Translations under genes and position numbers: made by a program
Virus record (IMG/VR): IMGVR_UViG_3300046779_001715
Location: 1-56,968 of that record
Length of the DNA stretch: 56,968 nucleotides
Reading direction: 5' to 3' (one strand)
Source: a virus
Taxonomy: Duplodnaviria; Caudoviricetes
Shown here: in pieces, positions 36,001 to 44,646 of the stretch
How positions within the stretch are numbered: position 1 is the stretch's first letter
Layout of the letters: every line of letters starts with the position of its first letter
Notes under the pieces: generated by a model
Told to the model about the DNA's origin: nothing
What the model saw: only the letters and a program-made list of their open reading frames with translations
The model's database searches: none

Positions 36001-38408
36001 ACTAATTTAACCGATGCATGGTCATAATAATTATCTCTTTGACCATTATCCAATGTGAATAGATTCGTCACATCATAAGATGAATCAGACAACATTGCAG
36101 CTGTTGGATTCACTGTAGGATCTTTTGTGTCAATAATTTTAACAATTTGTTTAACATCAGACACATATAAACTGGTTGTTTTAGTTATGCCAGCTCTTTT
36201 GATATATGTTTGACCGTTGGTTAAATCGACATAGAAATTTGTATTTACAAGTGTGCCGTTGATGTGAACACCACCTGTGTTACCTTCAACTAGGTTTTTA
36301 ATTTTCAAAATACTGCTTGTGTTATCAGCATTTGAAACATTCAAATCACAAATAACGTCTACATTATAACCTGAATAAGTACTTGATGCAAATGTTGCTG
36401 TCTTTTTATCTGATGAAAGAGAAATTGTATTTCCACTGGAAATAAAATCTAAAATTTGGCCCGATGTTCTATCAATAACAATAAAGTTTTGTTTGATAAC
36501 ATCAGATGATAATGCACCAGAAGTACCTAAGAATGTATATGGTGTTCCTGATGATATTGAAATTACTAATTCACCACCGGTGATGGTTTGGTCACGATAT
36601 ACTTTTGTGGAAACATAGTTACTATTGGATACATTAGCTATGTATGAGTACCCAATAGGAAATACCAACTCAGGTGCGTTTGGATTTTCTAGAATCGTAT
36701 CACCAGTAACAAGTCCATTTCTTTTACCTGACAAATCAATGTTTGCAGTTGAAACAATAACATTACTTGAATTTCTATAAACAATAGATTCTATTGTTGA
36801 GGTAGAAAATGATATTGTAAAAGTGCTTGAATTTGTTGGATTAATTGTAAACGCTGAATCAACAGTGGCAACTCTAGTTGTACCGTTATATGCAGTAATT
36901 TTTCTAGTATCTATTGTACCAGATGTATTGACTGTGATAGATGCACCATAATATGCATCAGTTACGGTAGAGAATTGTGCAGTAACTGGCAATGAAATGG
37001 TTGTTGCAGTACCAGTCACAGCAGTACCAGTTAATGTTGTTGTGTTAACATCGGAGATGTATGCTCTGTAAACATATGTTGCGGTATTACTATCAGAGGT
37101 GCTACTTACATATTGTAAGTTTCTAATATTAGCAGAACCAACCAATGTCGAATTATATGTTGTTGTATTTGCCGTAGAGATACCTGAGTTACCAACACAA
37201 TGCAAATCAATTTTTGGCATTGTAGTAACATCAAAAGTACCTTTTACACTATTGACGGTCAAATAACTACCATAATCAATAAAGATGGCATTGTTTAAAA
37301 TATTATCTGTTGTTCTGGCTCTGTCATTTGTAAGAACAAGATTTGATTGATTTTCAATTCTATAACCGTGTACATATGCAAGGCCTTTTCCAACACCCAA
37401 ATCATATGTTGAAGAATTGATTGTGTTTGTTGATGGTGTAAGTTTGAATTCATTAACAATATAGTCACCATTGGATTCATAATCACGTTTTGCAAAGTAA
37501 TCGTCAATTACGGAGTATACTGTACCATCAACTTGTTTAACAATCTTGCCATTATCAATACGAACCAACTCAATGAATTGGTCATCATTACCAACTGTTA
37601 ATGGTAATGCAGTCAATATTAAATTGATTTGATATCTGTCTGCACCTGGTGCTTGGTAGTTTGATGCACCGACCGCAGGATCTAATAATGATGAATCGTC
37701 AACATAGTCTACAATTGTTTCATAAATTTGTAAACCAATACGGAATGAAGGCGTATTACTGTACTTGCTTAGAATGGTTGTCTGTGGTTGAACAGAAACA
37801 AAGTTACCAATAGAATACTTGCTGAATGTTCCATCTTCATTTTGTGTAGGAGATGTATAATAACCGTTTCTAACGTAGAAAACACCTTCTGAAATGGATG
37901 ATACTGATGATAAACCGGTGCATGTTGTTTCACCATCAACACCAATTGTTGTTGCAGTGTAATTAGAATCATCAGTTGTATAGATAGTCATGTTGTCTGT
38001 GAACTGAACACCAGACAGATAGTTAACAATCAAAGTTGGTGGTTCAGTAGAAGAAACATCTGTGCCAATTGATTCAGCAGTTGCAACAACCTTTGCAAGA
38101 ATAGTACCACTAGCATCTTGAATCAATTTATTCTTAAAATCTGCCGCAACAATATCAATATTGTTTTGTTGTTTGTTTAACTTAATATAACTACAATTTA
38201 AGTTTGTTGTAACTTTACCACCAGTTACTGGTGTATTTTGTGAGAAAATATTGTCAGCAAATTTTGAAATTTGACTTTGTAGTATTGTTTGTGACTGTGT
38301 TAATTCACGAGCCTGAACAGCAGAACCTGGTTTGAATAGAATCCTGTGGAAGTTTTTTGAAGGATCAAAATCATCGTGATATGGTTTAACATTAAAATTG
38401 AGAGACAT
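33018..38408 (-). CDS. N-terminal part of a DUF4815/VrlC-like virion structural protein with a C-terminal Hint domain
   Basis: N..PY.DDFD..KNFHRILFKPG.AVQARELTQ.Q.ILQ.Q, APGADR, R.Y.E.GDY.V, NLEYY.SLSLLE and RFKNG.LVDDF motifs; then G7-SN/CFT...TIEHP...VYNL. Confidence 0.8.
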   Translation of the reverse strand: MSLNFNVKPYHDDFDPSKNFHRILFKPGSAVQARELTQSQTILQSQISKFADNIFSQNTPVTGGKVTTNLNCSYIKLNKQQNNIDIVAADFKNKLIQDASGTILAKVVATAESIGTDVSSTEPPTLIVNYLSGVQFTDNMTIYTTDDSNYTATTIGVDGETTCTGLSSVSSISEGVFYVRNGYYTSPTQNEDGTFSKYSIGNFVSVQPQTTILSKYSNTPSFRIGLQIYETIVDYVDDSSLLDPAVGASNYQAPGADRYQINLILTALPLTVGNDDQFIELVRIDNGKIVKQVDGTVYSVIDDYFAKRDYESNGDYIVNEFKLTPSTNTINSSTYDLGVGKGLAYVHGYRIENQSNLVLTNDRARTTDNILNNAIFIDYGSYLTVNSVKGTFDVTTMPKIDLHCVGNSGISTANTTTYNSTLVGSANIRNLQYVSSTSDSNTATYVYRAYISDVNTTTLTGTAVTGTATTISLPVTAQFSTVTDAYYGASITVNTSGTIDTRKITAYNGTTRVATVDSAFTINPTNSSTFTISFSTSTIESIVYRNSSNVIVSTANIDLSGKRNGLVTGDTILENPNAPELVFPIGYSYIANVSNSNYVSTKVYRDQTITGGELVISISSGTPYTFLGTSGALSSDVIKQNFIVIDRTSGQILDFISSGNTISLSSDKKTATFASSTYSGYNVDVICDLNVSNADNTSSILKIKNLVEGNTGGVHINGTLVNTNFYVDLTNGQTYIKRAGITKTTSLYVSDVKQIVKIIDTKDPTVNPTAAMLSDSSYDVTNLFTLDNGQRDNYYDHASVKLVSGANLPKGNLLVIYDFYSHSGGDGYFSIKSYLSPNSSSPEVYQEIPTFTSRRGTKYKLSDCVDFRPVRKNAVSTLTYRYTGNPAVDSSGIMLPQNLNEYVSDYSYYLGRKDKLVLTKDRSFKIISGTPSVTPVYPTEPDGSLVLAKLDHNPYTAFIPGEISGQINSDLSIEKVLHKNWVKRDITDLQSRVNNLEYYSSLSLLESNAQSLQVPDVNGLNRFKNGILVDDFSSYSTADTENADYAAKINVRTKQLTPLTLVDNFQLQNPTVLNSLGTLKKTNNFAISSISGTNTNVFTLPYTSSNVVIQQLASSTVSLNPFGVAVYEGVAKLNPPMDNWVDNTQAPAIVVVDPSIEVYQETNGVNILNAGDFATIPGTSSSSSSSSTSGRTVTTTTKNYADQLRNITSGSYSQVSSTIGSENGYLTNIAVLPYIRAQQIVFKSKGLLVNTPVNAYFDGQDVSQYIQTPNTIELKDVTGTFNEDDIVGFFYTNKFYPTARVVSTYKYPNTTKVRLYVANLLGAPNYSPTNSIRNATFDANGVYSGTTANGTIDDTVIPLSTSGLITGIGGSYTANNEPNLQIYRVKNSHDWGTFLNQYGVWGDLKHTASYSASFVYAPLETGTYTIQCSSTGSATVKSNTTTIVTSSDPKTVTTATLNITNLNTRTLSWTVTGSNTGSSGFALVIKDPNGKIVFQSTNPPNLNYDSVAQEIILPQGGAWFTGVTRLKLDSRATNIDDYYVGAKISITSKFIQEYITETATYVAPKASGGGGGGGSNCFTSETIVDTITGKKKIVDIKIGDKVWNKNKTELNTVTFVEKALDTNFGSLYTPSKDFEPFATIEHPLYIDGKLSAVDPKVVENYYPWLGKMEKIDPVKVSPSEGKMVYNLWTDGDGTYTVNGYGTTTIIGDGGVLRLMLEKEVVTNDIVETVLNTCISAGKDTSYGAYLINNTFGKLNVSLVNNLLVKAFKDDTSPNTRKTVMTIFKLVGKIACIINNK
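33019..33026 (-). promoter_or_regulatory. Putative late promoter (AATAAATA) for the second DUF4815 half
   Basis: TAAATA core overlapping the stop codon of the 1796-aa ORF. Confidence 0.45.
33297..33680 (-). other. Hint (Hedgehog/intein) autoprocessing domain, about 128 aa, without C-terminal His-Asn
   Basis: Block A CFTSETIV.T..G.K.I.DIKIGDKV (Cys codon 33678-33680), block B ATIEHPLY (TxxH), block F VYNL...DGTY.VNG; terminal motif is YGTTT rather than xxVHN. Confidence 0.85.
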
Positions 38409-38418
38409 TTTTTTCCTT

Positions 38419-39819
38419 TTAGTATCCTAATACAAATCTAATTTGTTCTATTCCGTCAGCACTTCTTACAACGCCTGTCCTATTTTCAATAAACGAAATA
38501 TATCCTGAGAGTATTGTAAAATTCGGTTCACTAGATGTTAGTAATGTTCTTGTTGTTTTTGATACGTTACTAAACAGAGGCGCATTTGTGATTGGACTTC
38601 CTACTATATTTATCAACTTAACCACGTTGCTTGCAGCATCAAAACTCAAAACTCTTGCTGTAAATGAAGATGTTTCTGGTGTTAATCCACCTTGATAGAC
38701 GAACTCATCACTAACATAAGTTCCAAAACCAGGTGCAACAATCACATCTGTTGTTGTCTTATATATATCGCCATTTGCCGGGTAAGGTGTTGGTGACAAA
38801 TCATTCTTGGCTTCCAAGTACATACTCTGTGTTGTTGGGTTAATTAGTAGACCGAGTTGGTGAAAATCTATATCAGTTGGTATAGAACCATTCTCATCAC
38901 CCTCAAATTGACAAGTATACATGACATGAGCACAACCCAATTCGGAAATTGGATCAAACCCGTGGCCACCAATAGGAGAAGAATTGGCCTGCAACACGGC
39001 ACCAGAACCATTAGTTGAACTAATTTCTGCTGTGGTATATGTATAGTTGGTACCTGGATTCGTTATCAAAATATCCTGTATCACTCCATCAGATATGTCT
39101 GCCACGGCTCTTGCACCTGTTCCGTCACCAGTTATGACAACTGTAATAACGGAGTTACCTGGATCGTATCCTGACCCACCATCAATGACATTAATACTGT
39201 CGATACTACCTGCACCTGCACTGGTAACTAATGGGTTTGGTGTATTAGAACCAACAGGAACTGGCAACCATTCTGTGTCCATGAATTTGACTTTTTGGCC
39301 AGCATCAATCGTATAGATATATTTCCACTTATAACCATCTGAACCCTTGAACACGTTATTTGTGTCATAAGAACCAGGTTCAAAATATGGTTCATCAGTT
39401 GAAGGTTGTGTGTTGTTATTCCACAAACATTTGAACACTTGGTCATAAGAGTTCTTGACATAAAAATGATATCTTAAATAACCATTTACATCTTTCTCCA
39501 AAATGTCAATGTCATCACGGTAAATATCGTATGTTGTGCCTGTGGTCCAATCAATGCGTTGAATGACTGGAGAAATATCGTTCGACTTAATTTTCTTGGC
39601 AACAAATATATTTTTAAAGATTTGTTTGATTGCCTTTTGGTCTGTAGTTGGTACAGGTGGATTTTCTTCATCCTCCCAAGGTTCTGCTTTAGACAAAAAA
39701 CAATATGTTGTTGTCACTGGTATTGTAGTTGAAGGAGGAATCACAGAAACAGGTCCGTAATAGACCTGTTCTATTTGTGATACCTTGGCACCGTATGTGA
39801 TAATATTTTTATTTGACAT
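38419..39819 (-). CDS. gp8: Baseplate wedge subunit
   Basis: V..RIDW..GT.YD.Y, FYV.N....V.KCL.N, ST.EP, DGYKWKY.YTI, P.GGHG.D...EL and Y..NR....R..D..E.I..V motifs. Confidence 0.9.
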   Translation of the reverse strand: MSNKNIITYGAKVSQIEQVYYGPVSVIPPSTTIPVTTTYCFLSKAEPWEDEENPPVPTTDQKAIKQIFKNIFVAKKIKSNDISPVIQRIDWTTGTTYDIYRDDIDILEKDVNGYLRYHFYVKNSYDQVFKCLWNNNTQPSTDEPYFEPGSYDTNNVFKGSDGYKWKYIYTIDAGQKVKFMDTEWLPVPVGSNTPNPLVTSAGAGSIDSINVIDGGSGYDPGNSVITVVITGDGTGARAVADISDGVIQDILITNPGTNYTYTTAEISSTNGSGAVLQANSSPIGGHGFDPISELGCAHVMYTCQFEGDENGSIPTDIDFHQLGLLINPTTQSMYLEAKNDLSPTPYPANGDIYKTTTDVIVAPGFGTYVSDEFVYQGGLTPETSSFTARVLSFDAASNVVKLINIVGSPITNAPLFSNVSKTTRTLLTSSEPNFTILSGYISFIENRTGVVRSADGIEQIRFVLGY

Positions 39820-39823
39820 GGTT

Positions 39824-39831
39824 TATTTATT
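39824..39831 (-). promoter_or_regulatory. Putative late promoter (AATAAATA) upstream of gp8
   Basis: Overlaps the upstream stop, 4 nt before the gp8 ATG with no obvious RBS; possibly a near-leaderless mRNA. Confidence 0.5.
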
Positions 39832-41860
39832 ATGCGTATGTTACTGCAACGAAAGTATTTGCTTGGTCACCATCAATACTAAAATATTTTAGATAAACTG
39901 AACGACCGGATGCAATTGACAATGAAGTTGCGCCAATAGTCGAGTTGTTTGCCAAACATCCGTGTACAACTGTTTGTCCGTTACCTGCTGTGTTTGTCAA
40001 CCACATTTCAACAATTTTGCCTGCAACATAATTTGATAATGTGTTTGTTACTGTTGCACCAAATGTTGCACGAATCATTGAGTCGGTTGCAAAGTCAATT
40101 GTAATCGCAGTCTGGTCACCTGATAAAATTCTAGGAGTATATGAAAAACCTTTTTGTGGATTTACCGTACCTGTAATTGTAACTGTGTTTGCATTGAACG
40201 ATGCAATTTGTGTTAATGTATTTGAACCTTCTTGCACATTATAAAATTTAATTGCTGTGCCTCTGGCTGTGTCGGTGTGATTTTCTGTTGCAATAAAATC
40301 TATTCTAGCAGTACCACCAGATTGATATGATGTTGCACCAAAACCACTTGCACCAATTCGTGTTAGAACATCACCTGTTTGAACCGCAGATGGATTTGTT
40401 ACGTTGCCTCTTGCTGCACGACCACCAAACAACGGGAAAACAAGTTGTCCGTTAGCACCAAAAGAATCGGATACCACTCTGACTGGAACATTATGTTTAC
40501 CAGTCATGTGTAGTACATAACCATCACCACCAGTTGGTTGAGTTGCACCGGTATTTGATGCACTGATTGTAACCAAACCTTGTGTTGATGTGAATGTTGC
40601 ATTTGCAAATTTGATTGTTCCATTAACATTCAAATTTTCTGTAATTGCCAAAGTACCAGCAAATGTGCCAGTTGTATTTTGTAATGCCCCTTCACCCCAT
40701 GTGTATGCTTGTTGTGCGATTGGAGTAATTATTGCTAATTGACCGTTTGCGGATGTTGCAACAGTATATGCGGAATTGGCCTTAACGTAGGCTGAATTTG
40801 CATAGTTAAATCCAGTGTTAGCATACTGTGAAGCTCCTGCGGCATTATTGGTTGCAGTGTTTGCCTGTTCATATGCAGAATTGGCATAAGTTCCAGTTGT
40901 ATTCTGACTGCCATATGCAGAATTTGCCTTTAGGAAGGCCGCATTAGATTGTAAGAATGCTGCATCAGCAGAACTAGAATATGCTAGGTTTGCCTTTTCA
41001 AAAGCAGAGTTAGCATGAATGAATGCTGCATTTGACTGAACAAAAGAACCATTTGCATACAAGGCCGCAGAATTGGCCACATGATTTGGTGTATTTGCTT
41101 GTAAGAATGCTGCGTTTGCCTGAATAAAAGCACCGTTGGCATACAATGATGCAGAGTTTGAAGATGCATATGCTGAGTTCGCATATGTTCCTGTAGTGTT
41201 CTGTGAAGAATAGGATGCGTTTGCTTTTATAAACGCTGAGTTTGCAGATAAACCTGCGGCCGCCGGTGATGTGACTTGTACTGTGCCATCAGAGAACGTG
41301 ATTCCATGGTCGTTTACCAAATAAAAACCACCATGTTTAATTTTTGCAATAACATTTTCTGATGCACCGCCACCAGCAATGAATTTAATTTCTGTGTTTG
41401 ATACGGTTGTACCGATTGTTAGATTGCCACCGAGATGACCTTCACTACCTTGTACGTAGATATAACCATCTAATGGATAAATTGCAGTGCCTAAACTATT
41501 GTATTCAGAACCTGGTACAAAATCCTTGTTTGCATAACCCGTATCTAAAAAGTATGTTGTGTCTGATCCTGTGTTTGCCGTAACAACAATATCTGCTGTA
41601 CCACCGTCATTAGTATTAACAAGGTTGGTTTGAATGTATGAGTTACCTGATGCTGCAAACTGTGCTGCGGTGTTTGGCAGTGTTAACTCACGATTGCCAA
41701 CATTCAAAACTTCATTGGCATAAAGGTCACGAGCCAGTGTTCTTGCTGTAAATTTACCTGTAATGCCTGTTGGAATATCCACACCCATTAACAATGTGTT
41801 GGATGTGTTTGCACGAATTGATGGAATAGGTGCTAATTGTGAAATTTTTACTGTTGACAT
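39830..41860 (-). CDS. Baseplate-associated fibre protein with Ala/Asn heptad stalk
   Basis: MSTVKISQL N-terminus, about 170 aa of ANSA(Y/F)..AN heptads, beta-rich C-terminal domains; inserted between gp7 and gp8. Confidence 0.65.
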   Translation of the reverse strand: MSTVKISQLAPIPSIRANTSNTLLMGVDIPTGITGKFTARTLARDLYANEVLNVGNRELTLPNTAAQFAASGNSYIQTNLVNTNDGGTADIVVTANTGSDTTYFLDTGYANKDFVPGSEYNSLGTAIYPLDGYIYVQGSEGHLGGNLTIGTTVSNTEIKFIAGGGASENVIAKIKHGGFYLVNDHGITFSDGTVQVTSPAAAGLSANSAFIKANASYSSQNTTGTYANSAYASSNSASLYANGAFIQANAAFLQANTPNHVANSAALYANGSFVQSNAAFIHANSAFEKANLAYSSSADAAFLQSNAAFLKANSAYGSQNTTGTYANSAYEQANTATNNAAGASQYANTGFNYANSAYVKANSAYTVATSANGQLAIITPIAQQAYTWGEGALQNTTGTFAGTLAITENLNVNGTIKFANATFTSTQGLVTISASNTGATQPTGGDGYVLHMTGKHNVPVRVVSDSFGANGQLVFPLFGGRAARGNVTNPSAVQTGDVLTRIGASGFGATSYQSGGTARIDFIATENHTDTARGTAIKFYNVQEGSNTLTQIASFNANTVTITGTVNPQKGFSYTPRILSGDQTAITIDFATDSMIRATFGATVTNTLSNYVAGKIVEMWLTNTAGNGQTVVHGCLANNSTIGATSLSIASGRSVYLKYFSIDGDQANTFVAVTYA

Positions 41861-41863
41861 TGT

Positions 41864-44644
41864 TTACCCCAATAGGATGATTCTGTTATCTTCTGTTGTT
41901 AATGACTCACCATTTTCTGTGATGAGTTCTGGAATATATTGTATACCAATTGGACCATATATTTTTACATCTCTTGCTTCAAATGTTCTGTTTACGGACA
42001 AATAAGAATTTGCATTTGATGTTAGGTTAGTTGTTAAAGTAATTATACCATTTACATAGTCAACTGATTTAACTTTTTTGCTGGTGTTATTGGCAATTAG
42101 AACACTATCTCCAGCATATACAATATCTTTCAATGGATAATCGGTGTTACTAAAGGCTCCATTGTTAATGATATTATAAGCATCAGTCAATGATGTTATA
42201 TTTATAGTGTTTGAATTAGCTTGTGCTGTTGCAGTTGCCACATTTGCATATGTCAACCAAGGAGTTTCAGTAACTGAAATTTCATTATTTGAAATAACTC
42301 TTAAGACTGTTGTGCTGATAGTATTATTATTGGCATTTGTCATGGTGATTGTATCACCATTGAATATAAAAGTAGTAATATCAGCGTCAGCCAAATCTTC
42401 AAACGTAACTTTATTGTTACTCTTGGTTGTAAAGTCTGTTTTGATTACTGCTTTAGATGCAGGATAACCAGTATAATAAGCTAGAGTATGACCTTGTTTT
42501 ACCGCTTCTAGTCCATGCAAGTCAAATTTATTTTTAGATTTTAGTGCATATCGACCCAAGACTTTCATGCCTGTTGGATGTAACAAGTTCAATAATACTT
42601 CTCTATACTTGGCAATCTCTTTTTCAACTGTAATTTGGTACGTAAAGTTATTGTAAACATCATCTTGCAATACATCAAATGAACTTGGTTGTCCTTGCAG
42701 TGATAGATATTGTCCTTGGCCAACAACTAAACCATTTAAGAAGGTTGCATTTGCTCTAGCGGTACCATCACCATATGTTTTGACACCATTTTTATTGTAA
42801 CTGTTATCGAAATTAGTATTTGCAGGAATTAAATTGATATTTTTATCTGCAATTTTCAATTCTATACTTGTATTAGGTAAAGAAGTATAATCAAACACAC
42901 GTAAATTGTACAAAGAGGAACTTGGTTCTGCATTGGCCGACAATATGTAACTTGAATCTACTTTTGCAAGATATATTGAGTTGTTTGGATCATCACCTTG
43001 ATATATCACATCACCTTTCACAGGTGGTGTTGCAATAAACACATTGGATACAACAATATCTTGTACCTTTAAAGACACATTTGGTGTTGAGATGTAATCT
43101 TCACCAGTTTCCAAGACCTTAATTGTTGTAACTGCTCCAACACGGTCAAGAAACACATCAAAATCGGCACCAGTTCCTAAAATACCCGATACATATAGTG
43201 ATGCATTTGCGGCTCCACCATTTACAGAATTAGCAGTTACACCAGGTAAATATTGATTACTATAACCCATACCGCCTGTTGGATAAAAACCGTCACTGTA
43301 GTACGTTACTTTTGTAATTGCACCACTTCCATTTACAGTTTCCACTTTGGCTTTGGCACCACGACCAGTGCCGCCAGTGAATATTATCTCATCATTTGCA
43401 GCGTAACCTGTGCCACCATTTTGAATCAATATTGGACCTAGTACACCTAAGGTAGATAGTTCAGAAGTACTATAAAGTTCATTAGTATAATTAGAATGTG
43501 CAGTGATTGTTGGTACTTCTGTAATGCCGCCACCAGAATTCATAATAAGTACAGATGAAATTGGCGCAGTGTAAAAAGAAGTGAACGTAAATGCATCAGA
43601 CAACTTAGTATTTGCATTTGCACTTGCTAAATTATCAAAATTATAAGAAGTATTTCCTATTGTAATGTATCTTTTCAATTGAATTGTATCAGTCGGAATG
43701 TTTGCAACATTCATTGCTGATGGTGAATCTGGTCCGTTGATAGAACCAACAATAACATTTGCGCCAGAATCACCTGTAATTGCCAAGTTTGTGTTTGGTG
43801 ATAGTGTATAACCAACACCACCATTAATAACTTCAATTTTTCTTATTGATCCTCTAGTTGCTTCATTGACCACCGCAGTAGCACTGGTACTATTTGCATA
43901 GTTTAAACCACCAGTAACAACAACTGGGTCTCCGGCTTTGTAAAGTAAACCACGATGGTTAGGATCAATCTTGATTTGACTAATTTGACCAACAATTTTT
44001 GCTCTAAGTGGTTGTCCATTCACTAAATGGTCTTGGTTTTGTGAATCAACTACACGAACAAACTCACCTGATTGAAACAGTCGTTCGATGTTTGAGATGA
44101 AAACTTCTGTCTTTGTGCCAGCCAATACCGAAGATTCAATCGTTGCAATTGATTTGGTGGTTTCACCAAACAATCTTAGATTTTTTATGTTTCTAAAATT
44201 AACATCACTTGTTGATAACTTTAAACTCTTTGGTATGTACCACGCACCAGATGATGCCCTCATTACCGCATCTTTGGTGTAGAAAATATCTACATCTGAA
44301 TTAAAAAGAACTCTGAATAAAAACTTGTATGATGCAGGTGTACCTTTTGATTGATACAATTCACGAGCAACTTTAATTGTTTCTTCTTTACTTAACAGTG
44401 TTTCTTTTGGAAAATAAGGCAAGAATTGATTTGTGAAGTAATCCAAAAATTCATTTGTTGTGGTATCAATGTCTTTATAATTTAATAAATTTTTACTTCT
44501 GTTTAAGACCTTATTGTTTTGTTCCATCCACTCATAGTAAGCTTCAAGAAACAAAACAAAATTGGAATACTCAGGGTTGTCACGAATGTACTCTGGTAAT
44601 TGTGACTTTATGAGTAGAGATGTTTTTTGGTTATCTGCTATCAT
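41864..44644 (-). CDS. gp7: Baseplate wedge initiator (gp7-like)
   Basis: I.SQLPE.IR, F..FLEAYYEWME, Y..KGT..SYK.LFR.LF, LQD..Y..F.Y and L.HP.GMK..G motifs; lies between gp6 and gp8. Confidence 0.75.
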   Translation of the reverse strand: MIADNQKTSLLIKSQLPEYIRDNPEYSNFVLFLEAYYEWMEQNNKVLNRSKNLLNYKDIDTTTNEFLDYFTNQFLPYFPKETLLSKEETIKVARELYQSKGTPASYKFLFRVLFNSDVDIFYTKDAVMRASSGAWYIPKSLKLSTSDVNFRNIKNLRLFGETTKSIATIESSVLAGTKTEVFISNIERLFQSGEFVRVVDSQNQDHLVNGQPLRAKIVGQISQIKIDPNHRGLLYKAGDPVVVTGGLNYANSTSATAVVNEATRGSIRKIEVINGGVGYTLSPNTNLAITGDSGANVIVGSINGPDSPSAMNVANIPTDTIQLKRYITIGNTSYNFDNLASANANTKLSDAFTFTSFYTAPISSVLIMNSGGGITEVPTITAHSNYTNELYSTSELSTLGVLGPILIQNGGTGYAANDEIIFTGGTGRGAKAKVETVNGSGAITKVTYYSDGFYPTGGMGYSNQYLPGVTANSVNGGAANASLYVSGILGTGADFDVFLDRVGAVTTIKVLETGEDYISTPNVSLKVQDIVVSNVFIATPPVKGDVIYQGDDPNNSIYLAKVDSSYILSANAEPSSSLYNLRVFDYTSLPNTSIELKIADKNINLIPANTNFDNSYNKNGVKTYGDGTARANATFLNGLVVGQGQYLSLQGQPSSFDVLQDDVYNNFTYQITVEKEIAKYREVLLNLLHPTGMKVLGRYALKSKNKFDLHGLEAVKQGHTLAYYTGYPASKAVIKTDFTTKSNNKVTFEDLADADITTFIFNGDTITMTNANNNTISTTVLRVISNNEISVTETPWLTYANVATATAQANSNTINITSLTDAYNIINNGAFSNTDYPLKDIVYAGDSVLIANNTSKKVKSVDYVNGIITLTTNLTSNANSYLSVNRTFEARDVKIYGPIGIQYIPELITENGESLTTEDNRIILLG

Positions 44645-44646
44645 TT

